Shown one piece after another: positions 40,396-49,553 of a DNA stretch of 64,000 bases. Made by a program: the position numbers and the translations under genes. Each line of letters starts with the position of its first letter. Positions within the stretch are counted from its first letter, which is position 1. Below the pieces are notes generated by a model. It saw only the letters and a program-made list of their open reading frames with translations. It did not search any database and was not told the origin of the DNA. Origin of the DNA: a virus; IMG/VR virus record IMGVR_UViG_3300021959_008125, positions 1 through 64,000 of that record, one strand, 5' to 3'.

Positions 40396-40642
40396 GTATA
40401 GATTAGACGTATTTAACGTCATACATAACATAGTATTTCACGGAAAAGGTGGCTTTGACTGGCATACAGTATATAATATGCCTATATGGCTGAGAAACTT
40501 TACCTACAGGAACATACAAGAATTTTATCAAAAAGAGAAAGAAGCTTACGAAAAAGCACAAGGTAAATCTCAATTAAAAGGAAATCAACCAAAAGGTCCT
40601 GCAATTCGTACACCTTCTTATAATACAAAGGCTCGCAAATAG
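40334..40642 (+). CDS. Tail chaperone C-terminal extension (gp51/gpT-like), probably made by frameshift
   Basis: FFGLTPEYR...GGFDWHTVYNMPIWLR; lies in +1 frame and lacks a convincing own start. Confidence 0.65.
   Translation: MGRRKEWRSLSGSTFFGLTPEYRLDVFNVIHNIVFHGKGGFDWHTVYNMPIWLRNFTYRNIQEFYQKEKEAYEKAQGKSQLKGNQPKGPAIRTPSYNTKARK
40375..40381 (+). other. Candidate programmed frameshift site (T7 run)
   Basis: AAC TTT TTT TGG (0 frame) vs ACT TTT TTT GGC (+1 frame, continues into the downstream ORF). Confidence 0.6.
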
Positions 40643-40650
40643 TGGGCCTT
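40628..40650 (+). terminator. Hairpin/terminator-like element
   Basis: AAGGCTCGC-AAATA-GTGGGCCTT spanning the stop codon. Confidence 0.5.
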
Positions 40651-40653
40651 TCC

Positions 40654-40661
40654 TATTTATA
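40654..40661 (+). promoter_or_regulatory. TATTTATA putative late promoter
   Basis: Intergenic, before tape measure GTG. Confidence 0.55.
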
Positions 40662-40677
40662 TAAAATATAACCACAC

Positions 40678-42930
40678 GTGGATCCAAAAATACAAGAACT
40701 TTTAAACGCACTAGACGCAGCTGGAAAAAGCACTGCATCGTTTCGTAATGAGTACGAAAGATTAAAAAAAGAAGGTCAGGAAGTTAATTCCTTGATGAAT
40801 ACTATGGAGTCTACTCTTAAAGGAGCTCAAGCAGAAGCTAGAGGACTAGGAGATGGTTTTAGAGATGTTAGGGATATACTACGAGAATCTTTAGCAGAGT
40901 TAAAGGAGACTGAAACTGCAATAAAACAAGGTACTAAAGCTTACCGTAACTTAACCAGTGTTGTCACATCTTTAGCACAAGAAGAAGAAGGAATATATAC
41001 CTATTCGGTAAAGCAACTTGAAACATACGATAAAAGAGCTAAATCTGCATTATCTGAACAAAAACTTGCAGCCGAAAGATTAGCGAGAGAAAAAATAGGG
41101 TTAAACTTTTCTGGTGAATTAAATGAGCAAACGATAGATAGGTTAAAATTCTTAGGTAAGATAAACGATGAAGAAGAGGCTTTATTAAGAGCAGCAGCAA
41201 ATGGTTTTGATATAGAAGAAGAATCAGTAAGATTAATCGAAAAACGTTTAAAAAGAGAAAAAGCACTCGTAAAAACTTTCGGACTAGCAGGAGCAGCATT
41301 AGAAGGAGCTACTAAAATAGCTAATAAGTTCGGAATGAGCCATATCTCAGAAGAACTCAACGATATAAACTCTCAGCTTAAAGATGAAATGCGTGCTGAA
41401 ATAAAAGCAAACGGAGATGAATCTTTAGGATTTGGTAGAAAGTTTGCCTATGCAGGTAGAGCCATAGGAAAAACTGCTGTTGCTATAGGAAAAGGAATGA
41501 TGGATCCTTTGTTTATAATTGGAAAGATATTTAATTCTTTTCTTAATATAAATAAAGAAGCAGTAAACCTTAGCAGATTAGTAGGCCGTTCAAATGTAAG
41601 TTTTAATAATTTAAACAGTAGCCTCGCTACAACTGTGGAACTCTTACAAGAAGCTGCAGAATTTACAAGACAGACAGGATTAGCAGCAACTTCTATATTT
41701 TCAAATGATCAGCTGGCTAATATTGCTGAATCTAAAAAACTACTAGGATTGTCTGCCGAACAGGCCGGCAACTTAGCCTTATTCTCAAACCAGACAGGAG
41801 ATAGTATTACTCAATTCGAAGATGGATTAGTAGACGGTATAAAAGCAGCTAATAAATTAGGTAAATCAGCTGTTGCACCCGGTGTTGCTTTACAGGATGC
41901 TTTATCAGCTGCCAAAGGCATTGCTTTATCTCTAGGTAATAATCCTAAATTATTAGGTCAAGCAGCAACAGCAGCACGTGCATTAGGTTTAGAACTATCT
42001 AGAGTTGATGATATTGCTGAAGGGTTGTTAGACTTTGAATCTTCTATACAGAATGAATTAGAGGCACAGCTTTTAACCGGAGGCCGTATAAATTTAGCAA
42101 AAGCTAGAGAATTAGCATTAAATAACGATTTAGCCGGCCTATCAGCAGAATTAGCTAAAAACGGAGCATCAGCAGCTGAATTTGCTAATATGAATCGTAT
42201 TGCGCAGACTTCATTAGCTAAGGCTTTAGGTATGTCTAGAGATGAATTAGCTAACATGCTTATTCTACAAGATACCCAAGGTAACTTAACAGATGAACAA
42301 AGACAAAAGATACTAGGAGTAACTAAAGAACAACTAAAATCCTTAGATATACAGCAAAGCATAAATGACTCTATTACTAAAATGTCAGAAGCTTTAGCTG
42401 GCCCTTTAGCATCTTTAGCACAGTTAATAAGCCATGCAACGATATTAAAAGGCATTATAGGTGGTATTGCTACTATTATAGGAATTAATATGGTTACTGG
42501 ATTAATACAAAATTTGAAGTATTTAGGCAGAGTACTAAAACTTTCTAAAGGAATAGCAATTGCTGAAGCAGCTATAGCATCTGTAAGAGCTTTATCAAAT
42601 CCTTTTCTAGCTATTGCTGGAATAGCAGCTGCAGCCGCAGTAGCAGGTGCTGCAGGGTACTATATCGGTAAAGCAAAACAAACAGGAGACTTACAAATTA
42701 ATCCTAATGGCGGACCAGTAGTAATGTCCCCAAGAGAAGGAGGCTTATATCAAGGAACTAAAAATGACGCCTTAATGATGGCACCTCCAGGTGCTATGGG
42801 TGGATCAAATGCCGAGTTAATAGCAGAAATTAGAGCATTAAGAACTGTGGTAGAAAAAGGAGGAGACGTAGTAATGGACGGTTCTAAAGTAGGGCAAGTT
42901 ATTACAATGAATTCATATAAATTATCATAA
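40678..42930 (+). CDS. Tail tape measure protein
   Basis: 750-aa helical Ala/Leu-rich; LLDFESSI..ELEAQLLTG..INL.KAR; hydrophobic C-terminal helices; follows chaperone pair. Confidence 0.85.
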   Translation: MDPKIQELLNALDAAGKSTASFRNEYERLKKEGQEVNSLMNTMESTLKGAQAEARGLGDGFRDVRDILRESLAELKETETAIKQGTKAYRNLTSVVTSLAQEEEGIYTYSVKQLETYDKRAKSALSEQKLAAERLAREKIGLNFSGELNEQTIDRLKFLGKINDEEEALLRAAANGFDIEEESVRLIEKRLKREKALVKTFGLAGAALEGATKIANKFGMSHISEELNDINSQLKDEMRAEIKANGDESLGFGRKFAYAGRAIGKTAVAIGKGMMDPLFIIGKIFNSFLNINKEAVNLSRLVGRSNVSFNNLNSSLATTVELLQEAAEFTRQTGLAATSIFSNDQLANIAESKKLLGLSAEQAGNLALFSNQTGDSITQFEDGLVDGIKAANKLGKSAVAPGVALQDALSAAKGIALSLGNNPKLLGQAATAARALGLELSRVDDIAEGLLDFESSIQNELEAQLLTGGRINLAKARELALNNDLAGLSAELAKNGASAAEFANMNRIAQTSLAKALGMSRDELANMLILQDTQGNLTDEQRQKILGVTKEQLKSLDIQQSINDSITKMSEALAGPLASLAQLISHATILKGIIGGIATIIGINMVTGLIQNLKYLGRVLKLSKGIAIAEAAIASVRALSNPFLAIAGIAAAAAVAGAAGYYIGKAKQTGDLQINPNGGPVVMSPREGGLYQGTKNDALMMAPPGAMGGSNAELIAEIRALRTVVEKGGDVVMDGSKVGQVITMNSYKLS

Positions 42931-42931
42931 C

Positions 42932-42939
42932 TATTTATA
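42932..42939 (+). promoter_or_regulatory. TATTTATA putative late promoter
   Basis: Intergenic, 10 nt before ATG 42950. Confidence 0.55.
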
Positions 42940-42949
42940 AATAAACAAT

Positions 42950-43147
42950 ATGGGAATTTTAAAAAACCAATTACAAGGAAGTAACTTAGGATTTAAAGGA
43001 AACACTCCTGCAAAAAGAGAAGGAGCATTACCTACCTCAAACCTACACGCAATCAGTAAAGGACAGGTATCTTCACCTTCTTTCAACTCAAAGCACGACC
43101 TGGACGGACTTACCCCAGACAAATACTCTGATAACAAACCTCAATAA
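42950..43147 (+). CDS. Small tail-associated protein
   Basis: 65 aa, DLDG.TP.KY.DN.P; own promoter motif. Confidence 0.55.
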   Translation: MGILKNQLQGSNLGFKGNTPAKREGALPTSNLHAISKGQVSSPSFNSKHDLDGLTPDKYSDNKPQ

Positions 43148-43150
43148 TAG

Positions 43151-44659
43151 ATGGGCATAATCCAGAACTTTAAGGAAGGTAAGATGGATGGACTGCGTTC
43201 ACTTAAAAACAGTGAATTCGGTACAAAGGATCTATATATAAGTAAAGATCTTCCTCCGTCTAATCCGTTAAACTCATCTGGATTTTCTTACAATGGAATA
43301 AACTCTAGAACTAACGATTTAGGGAGAATTGCAAAACTTATTGCAGATAAACCCGGCTTTAAGTATATTAGTAATATTAATCTACTTAACCAGGTAGATA
43401 CATCTGCTAAGATTCAGAGATCTGGCAATCAAAAAGGACAATTTGATTTAAAGACTTTTGGTAACAAAGTTAAGGAAGGAATTATTTCTGGGCTAGTTAA
43501 TACTGCTTTACAGGTCGGCACAGTTTTAGCTCAAGTTCCTGTAAATGGAACAGGGCTACATTTTATAAACGGACTTTCTCCGTCAGGATATCTCCAGACA
43601 GGAGCACCTAGAACTTCCGGTTTAGGTCAGTTTTTAGAATCACAGGGTATAGGCGGAGGAGTCAACGGAGCAAAAAGTGTACTGAATGGAATGCCTGTTC
43701 CTACCGACGTTGAACAAAGACTTGAAAGTATACTAGCTGATCAAGGTTCTTCAACTAACAATATTAGTGATAGAACTATTAAACCTAAAATTGAAAACAA
43801 ATACCTTGTAGATGATTTTTCTAAAGGAGCTACTACAACTACCTATAATGTTTCTGGAGTTAGTATCGAAAACAAATTCAAAAAAACTCAATCAGGAAAT
43901 AACCATACTTCAGCCGACTATATAAACGGTCTAGCAGAACAAACTAATTCTATTTTAGGAGATGACGACGACATTATACCTTTTGAATTTCATAGATTAG
44001 GTATAGAAAAAGAAGATAATGGAATTTTTCTATACTTTAGAGCGTTTTTAGATAGTTTTAACGATAACTACTTAGGTGAATGGTCTGGCACACGTTATAT
44101 AGGTAGAGCAGAGCAGTTCTATACATATCAAGGATTTAACAGAGAGATTCAATTTAGTTTTAAAATTGCAGCTTTTAGTAAAGTCGAGATTAATCCTCTT
44201 TATAGAAAGTTAAATTTATTAGCCGGAACAACAGCACCATCTTATAATGCCAATAAAGATTTTATGAGAGGAACATTAACTTCGATTACAATTGGAGATT
44301 ATTTAGTAGCTCAAAAAGGATTTATAAGTAACATAGCATTAAGTTGGGAAAAAGGGTATCCATGGGAAATCACAACCGGAGACACAGAAGAAAAAGGAAA
44401 CGTAAAACCTGAATCAAGATTAAGAGTTCCTCATATACTAAATGTTGATGTATCATTTACACCTATACATGAATTTAATGTTAAAACAGATTTAGAATTA
44501 AGTACTAACGATAAGTATATTGGGGGGTCTAATACTTTAAAAAATATACCTATAGAACAGATAAGAAGACCGAGAACAGAACCTACTGAGGAACAGACTC
44601 AAAATTTTGATCAATTTTCCGGAGAACAAGGATTTGGAACTTTAGGTAGCGGATTTTAA
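43151..44659 (+). CDS. Baseplate/tail-tube initiator-like protein
   Basis: FRAFL..F.D.Y...W....YIGRAE.FYTY.GF.R.I.FSF; ITIGDY. Confidence 0.7.
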   Translation: MGIIQNFKEGKMDGLRSLKNSEFGTKDLYISKDLPPSNPLNSSGFSYNGINSRTNDLGRIAKLIADKPGFKYISNINLLNQVDTSAKIQRSGNQKGQFDLKTFGNKVKEGIISGLVNTALQVGTVLAQVPVNGTGLHFINGLSPSGYLQTGAPRTSGLGQFLESQGIGGGVNGAKSVLNGMPVPTDVEQRLESILADQGSSTNNISDRTIKPKIENKYLVDDFSKGATTTTYNVSGVSIENKFKKTQSGNNHTSADYINGLAEQTNSILGDDDDIIPFEFHRLGIEKEDNGIFLYFRAFLDSFNDNYLGEWSGTRYIGRAEQFYTYQGFNREIQFSFKIAAFSKVEINPLYRKLNLLAGTTAPSYNANKDFMRGTLTSITIGDYLVAQKGFISNIALSWEKGYPWEITTGDTEEKGNVKPESRLRVPHILNVDVSFTPIHEFNVKTDLELSTNDKYIGGSNTLKNIPIEQIRRPRTEPTEEQTQNFDQFSGEQGFGTLGSGF

Positions 44660-44661
44660 AA

Positions 44662-44973
44662 ATGGCAGATAGATACAAAACTATACAGCAATTTAAAGAT
44701 GATTTAGGTAGAAGATACTACACTAACCCTATCTACCCTGATGTACCTGTTACTGAAAATGATACTTACGTTATAACAACAGCAGGAGATAGGTACGATT
44801 TACTAGCACAGCAATTTTATGGTGATAGTACATTATGGTGGGTAATTGCATCAGCTAATGTAGACGTATCTAAAACTGACGGAATGGCAACAACTCCCGG
44901 TATTCAATTAAGAATACCTGCTAACGCTCAACAGGTAGTGTTTAACTATCAAGAGGTAAATGAAAAAAGGTAA
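44662..44973 (+). CDS. LysM-like baseplate protein (gp53/tail X-like)
   Basis: GDRYDLLAQQFYGD..LWWVIASAN; G.QLRIP. Confidence 0.82.
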   Translation: MADRYKTIQQFKDDLGRRYYTNPIYPDVPVTENDTYVITTAGDRYDLLAQQFYGDSTLWWVIASANVDVSKTDGMATTPGIQLRIPANAQQVVFNYQEVNEKR

Positions 44974-47144
44974 TGGCAGAGACATTCGGTTCCGGTATAA
45001 GTACAAAGATTACTGATCAATTAAAAGCTAGAACTAAGCTTTTTTCTGATAGAAAAGATCCTAAGCAATTACAGGTTATAAATTCTAACAGTGCTTGGAT
45101 TAAAGTACGTTCAAGTGTCAATATAGCAGGTGATAATTCTAAAGCAAAACAATTTATTCTTTCCAATAGCGGAAATAAAGAAGGAATAGGAGACACCAAT
45201 ACTTCTTTATACAAAGCTGATAATAGGTTAGGATTTAGACCAGCTCCTGGAATAACAGGTTTCAAAGTAACATCAAAAAATACCTACGGTACACTACAGG
45301 AAGCTACTGTAAATTTTAATGTTTGGACACTAAAGGATTTAGAGGACGCCGAAAAGCTATTCTTTAGACCTGGGTATAGTGTTTTAGTAGAATGGGGCCA
45401 CAGTGCATACATTACTAGTGACGGTACTTCTAATATAAAATTTACTAATAGGGAAGCAGTACTTGATGATAATAAGTGGTTTCAAAGCAGTACGTATGGG
45501 GCAATAGAAAAACTAATAGCTAAAAAACGAGATAACTACTACGGTAATTATGAAGGTTTTTTAGGGTTAATAGTAAATTTTTCTTGGTCTTATAGATCAG
45601 ATGGAGGTTATGATTGCTCAATAAAAGTAGTCTCAAAAAATGTTGTATTAGAATCTATTGCTATAGGAAAAGGAACTGATTTAGTAAAGTCTGAAGAAAA
45701 TGCTAATAAAAAAGTTGGTCAATTAGATTCTAAAATCCGAAAAAGTCCATTTCATGTTTATTACTTAGGATTAGAGGGATTTTATAGAATAGAAAATGAA
45801 GGTAAAACTGGAGTTCAGGCACTAGGAGGCGGAATCTTAGTAGATTCAGGAGAAGGAGAAAAAATTGTAACAGATGCTCTTTACTACAATTTAAAGGCAG
45901 CCTTAGGGCAGAAATATAAAGATTCTGTAAAGTTTTACATTAATACTACAGACTTCACTGTCTTTAGATTAAAAATATCTAAAAGTAATGAATCACACCT
46001 TGATTATTCAAAAAATAACGTTATACACTATGTTCCTTTGAGTTCTGTATTAGAGATATATAATAATCATATTTGTATTAAAGATAAAAATAACAAAGAA
46101 GTACTTATTCCTTTTGACTTAGAATCTGAAGAAAAATTTTTTACTTTTGGCGGACATTATAGTGCACTTCCTCATGAAGTTTTAATGCGAACAATTCCGT
46201 CGGTTCCTAAAAATAGTATACTCCCCCCACCGTTTGACTATGAGGGTTTTCGTGTATTTAACTTTCAACCTAATAATACTTTTGATACTAATCCCTTATT
46301 AATAAATAATATTTATGTTTCTACAAGAGTTATTTTAGAAGAAGTAGATAAAGTAATTGAAAGTAATTCAGAGGGAGTAGGAGTTTTAGAAGCTATTGAA
46401 GGTATATTATCAAGAATTGAAAGAGCATACGGTGGAGTAAACGAGTTTGACATAGTAAATGCCGATGATAATTCTTCTATGAAAATAGTAGATAGAAAAA
46501 ACCTAGACCCAACAAAAGCTAAATCTCTTTCAACAAGATTAGATGTAACCGGGCTTGGCTCGACAGTAGTAGATTTATCGGTCAGCAGCGGAATTACCTC
46601 AGACATAGCTTCTCAAATAGCTGTAGCAGCGCAAGCTCCTAGTAATTCTACAGATGACAATGTAGCTAATTTACTTAGATGGAATAAAAACTTGACTGAC
46701 AGACATTTAGAGAAAAAAAATACTACAGACGATAGTCTATCAGATCCAGAACCAGAAGCTAGCGAAGCATTTAAACTGAATCAACTCTGGAAAGCAGTTA
46801 ATGAAAAGAACAAAGATTCAAGTTCAAACTCATGGACGTTTGAGGAATGGGAAAATTTATACCAACAAACTTCTTCACATATTCAAGAACTAGCACAGTT
46901 ACCTTATATAGTAGGAGATGAATTTGAAGAAGCTGTACCTGGAGTAGTTCCTGTAGAACTTTCACTTAAAATGTTAGGTCTAGGAGGATTTAAAGTAGGA
47001 ACTACTTTTAAATTACAGAAAGGTATTTTACCGGCTAAATATGATGAATTTGGATATATTATTACAGGTGTCGAGCATGAAATAGCATCTGATAACAAAT
47101 GGTATACTAATATTAACACACAATTTTTCGTTCTTAAAAAATAA
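44973..47144 (+). CDS. Baseplate hub-like protein
   Basis: RPAPGIT; FFRPGYSVLVEWG; NFSW...DGGYDC; ITGVEHEI...W.T. Confidence 0.65.
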   Translation: MAETFGSGISTKITDQLKARTKLFSDRKDPKQLQVINSNSAWIKVRSSVNIAGDNSKAKQFILSNSGNKEGIGDTNTSLYKADNRLGFRPAPGITGFKVTSKNTYGTLQEATVNFNVWTLKDLEDAEKLFFRPGYSVLVEWGHSAYITSDGTSNIKFTNREAVLDDNKWFQSSTYGAIEKLIAKKRDNYYGNYEGFLGLIVNFSWSYRSDGGYDCSIKVVSKNVVLESIAIGKGTDLVKSEENANKKVGQLDSKIRKSPFHVYYLGLEGFYRIENEGKTGVQALGGGILVDSGEGEKIVTDALYYNLKAALGQKYKDSVKFYINTTDFTVFRLKISKSNESHLDYSKNNVIHYVPLSSVLEIYNNHICIKDKNNKEVLIPFDLESEEKFFTFGGHYSALPHEVLMRTIPSVPKNSILPPPFDYEGFRVFNFQPNNTFDTNPLLINNIYVSTRVILEEVDKVIESNSEGVGVLEAIEGILSRIERAYGGVNEFDIVNADDNSSMKIVDRKNLDPTKAKSLSTRLDVTGLGSTVVDLSVSSGITSDIASQIAVAAQAPSNSTDDNVANLLRWNKNLTDRHLEKKNTTDDSLSDPEPEASEAFKLNQLWKAVNEKNKDSSSNSWTFEEWENLYQQTSSHIQELAQLPYIVGDEFEEAVPGVVPVELSLKMLGLGGFKVGTTFKLQKGILPAKYDEFGYIITGVEHEIASDNKWYTNINTQFFVLKK

Positions 47145-47668
47145 TGTACTTACCTAAATCTAAATATAGAATATTAAATAAAGTTGACGGAAAGTTAATT
47201 GATCCTGAAACTAAAGAAGAGTATACCGGTACCTTTATTAAGGATTATAAAGAAAGGTACTACAAAGGTTCAATACCAAAACGTACCCCAGAGCCGTTAG
47301 AATTTATCCCTAACAATGCTCCTATAAGCATTTCAGAGTTTGTGTTCAAAAACGACTATGTGGAACCGACTGAAAAAGATTATAAAAGAAAATTCTACTT
47401 AAGGTACTTTATTCAAGATACAAGAGATAGAAAAATAGTAGAAGTAAAAGTAGATTCTTTTACTCAAGCAATAAGAAATCCGGTATTGTATAGAAAACCT
47501 TTAAGGATAGAGTGGGAACTAAGTCAACCACTAGAAGATACTGTTTTCAAAGGATTCAAATACGAAGGATCTCGTACAAAAAATATTAAAACTACCGAAA
47601 GAGCTGAAGAAATCCTACCGGGAATCACTGAACAGCATCTTTCTGACCCTGCACAGTTTGTAAAATAA
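47144..47668 (+). CDS. Hypothetical tail-associated protein
   Basis: MYLPKSK; PTEKDY...RYF; coupled to hub gene. Confidence 0.5.
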   Translation: MYLPKSKYRILNKVDGKLIDPETKEEYTGTFIKDYKERYYKGSIPKRTPEPLEFIPNNAPISISEFVFKNDYVEPTEKDYKRKFYLRYFIQDTRDRKIVEVKVDSFTQAIRNPVLYRKPLRIEWELSQPLEDTVFKGFKYEGSRTKNIKTTERAEEILPGITEQHLSDPAQFVK

Positions 47669-47685
47669 ACTTTTTATCTTATATT
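47658..47685 (+). promoter_or_regulatory. Bacteroidota-type promoter (TTG-N19-TATATT)
   Basis: TTTG 47657-47660, TATATT 47680-47685, before polymerase. Confidence 0.55.
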
Positions 47686-47703
47686 ACTTAAAAGGTTATA
47701 TAA

Positions 47704-49029
47704 GTGTTTTATATAGTAGAGACAGAAATCCAATTAGAAAAGTTAGAAAGACTAGGACGCCTAGGAGGTTATGTAGATATTATATCTTCTAATAATAACT
47801 TCCATCCAAAGCTTACCTCTACTATTGCTATATATCTCAGACCTACAAATAGTAAGCATGGATTTATTATTCCTATAAATCACGATGAAGGAATTAATAC
47901 AGCTAAAGAACGTGTCTCTAAGATACTTAATGCCTACAAACCACTTTATACCTTAGATAAGAAAAACCTTCTGTATCACTTTAATATACAGGATAGTATA
48001 GATTTATCTTTACTTTATGCTATGACTAATTATAGCAAATTAGAGTATTCTAGAGAAAACTCCTCTTTAAACTTTTTCTATAATAAGTTTTCTAAACATA
48101 CAAACATTAATCAGCTTATTCCTATAACAAAATTGTATGAATCTTGTGAAAAAGTATACGAGTCTGTAAAAGAATTCTTAAATTTAACTATACCTGATAA
48201 GTTTGACTTTTATAATAAGACTGCAACTAATGTATTTTTTCTTTTAGAGCAGTCAGGATTAGGAATACACTATGAGGCTTTCAATAAAATGTTTAATCCT
48301 AGAGATCCTTTATACAATATAAAAGACAATATAACTTATTCGTCATATAATCTATACAATGCTACATCTAGACCTACTAATGCTTTCAATTCTGTTAATT
48401 ATGCTGCTATCCCCAAGACAGAAGAGCATAGAAAATGTTTTAGGCCCCAAAACGACTTTTTTGTTGAGCTGGACTTTGACGGTTATCACCTTCGGTTACT
48501 TTGTGATCAGATTGACTTTGATATTCCTTCTGATTCTGCTCATAAATATTTAGCACAAATTTACTTTAATAAAGAAGAGATTAATGAAGAAGAATACCAA
48601 GAAGCAAAACAAACTAACTTTCACGCAATTTATGGCAAAATACCAGAGAAGTGGGCGAGCCTTGAAATCTTTTGCAGAATTAATTCGTATATCCGAGAGC
48701 TTTGGAGACAATATGAAAATGACGGAAAAGTCTTGGCTCCTATTAGTGGAAAACCATTTACAAGGGGATTACGAGACATGAATCCTCAAAAGCTGATGAA
48801 CTATATCATGCAATCGCTTGAAACCTCAAGAAATATTCTTATATTAAAAGATGTACTTAGGTACTTAAAAGATAAAAAAACTAAGGTAGCTCTTTATACC
48901 TACGATGCGATTTTATTCGACTTTTCAAAAGAGGACGGTAAAGAAACATTACAAAAACTTAAGGAGATAATGGAATCCGGTGGAAAATACCCAGTAAAAT
49001 TTAAACACTCCAGGGATTTACGTTTATAG
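47704..49029 (+). CDS. polA: Divergent compact family A DNA polymerase
   Basis: TSRP.N; motif A LDFDGYHLRL; motif B KQTNFHAIYG; NY..QS; motif C TYDA. Confidence 0.75.
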   Translation: MFYIVETEIQLEKLERLGRLGGYVDIISSNNNFHPKLTSTIAIYLRPTNSKHGFIIPINHDEGINTAKERVSKILNAYKPLYTLDKKNLLYHFNIQDSIDLSLLYAMTNYSKLEYSRENSSLNFFYNKFSKHTNINQLIPITKLYESCEKVYESVKEFLNLTIPDKFDFYNKTATNVFFLLEQSGLGIHYEAFNKMFNPRDPLYNIKDNITYSSYNLYNATSRPTNAFNSVNYAAIPKTEEHRKCFRPQNDFFVELDFDGYHLRLLCDQIDFDIPSDSAHKYLAQIYFNKEEINEEEYQEAKQTNFHAIYGKIPEKWASLEIFCRINSYIRELWRQYENDGKVLAPISGKPFTRGLRDMNPQKLMNYIMQSLETSRNILILKDVLRYLKDKKTKVALYTYDAILFDFSKEDGKETLQKLKEIMESGGKYPVKFKHSRDLRL

Positions 49030-49048
49030 AACTAAAAAGATATTTATA

Positions 49049-49507
49049 ATGAACGAAATAGTTACTAAACCGAGGTTTGATTACGACATAGAACCTTTTC
49101 AGTTTAACGAAGATATGAGCAATAAGCTTTTTTGCACCTTTGCTACAGAAAATACTCTAGATTCAGTACTAGAGGAAATTCAGGAAAGGTATAAAATTAT
49201 TTACAACAAAATTTTTGTCCTTTACTCTAAAAGTCAAGATGAGTATATTTGTACTTATAATGTAGACTTTGGAAATGTAGGAGCATTTTTAGATAATACT
49301 ATTCTCGTCCACAGAAAAAAAGAATCTAACACACTCTATACAATTAATGCCCTTAATACTCTAATTAAAGAGTTAAACGGAGGGCAATTAGACACATCTT
49401 ATAGAGTTAACTGGCCTGATTACAGAAACTGTATACTACTAACCAAAGGACCAGAACTCAAGAGAGTAAATACAAAACTTTTCCGTATTGTAGAGTTGGA
49501 TCGTTAA
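49049..49507 (+). CDS. Hypothetical phage protein
   Basis: KLFCTF; HRKKESNTLYTINALN; true start may be 49115 (TATTTATA at 49041-49048). Confidence 0.6.
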   Translation: MNEIVTKPRFDYDIEPFQFNEDMSNKLFCTFATENTLDSVLEEIQERYKIIYNKIFVLYSKSQDEYICTYNVDFGNVGAFLDNTILVHRKKESNTLYTINALNTLIKELNGGQLDTSYRVNWPDYRNCILLTKGPELKRVNTKLFRIVELDR

Positions 49508-49524
49508 GATCTTTTTCTTATATT
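49496..49524 (+). promoter_or_regulatory. Bacteroidota-type promoter (TTG-N20-TATATT)
   Basis: TTG 49496-49498, TATATT 49519-49524, before SSB. Confidence 0.6.
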
Positions 49525-49553
49525 AAAATAAAACGTTATAATAAATTAGTTAT

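Noticed and set aside
41001-47119. Minus-strand ORFs opposite tape measure and baseplate genes
   Set aside because: Shadow ORFs fully inside well-supported + strand genes
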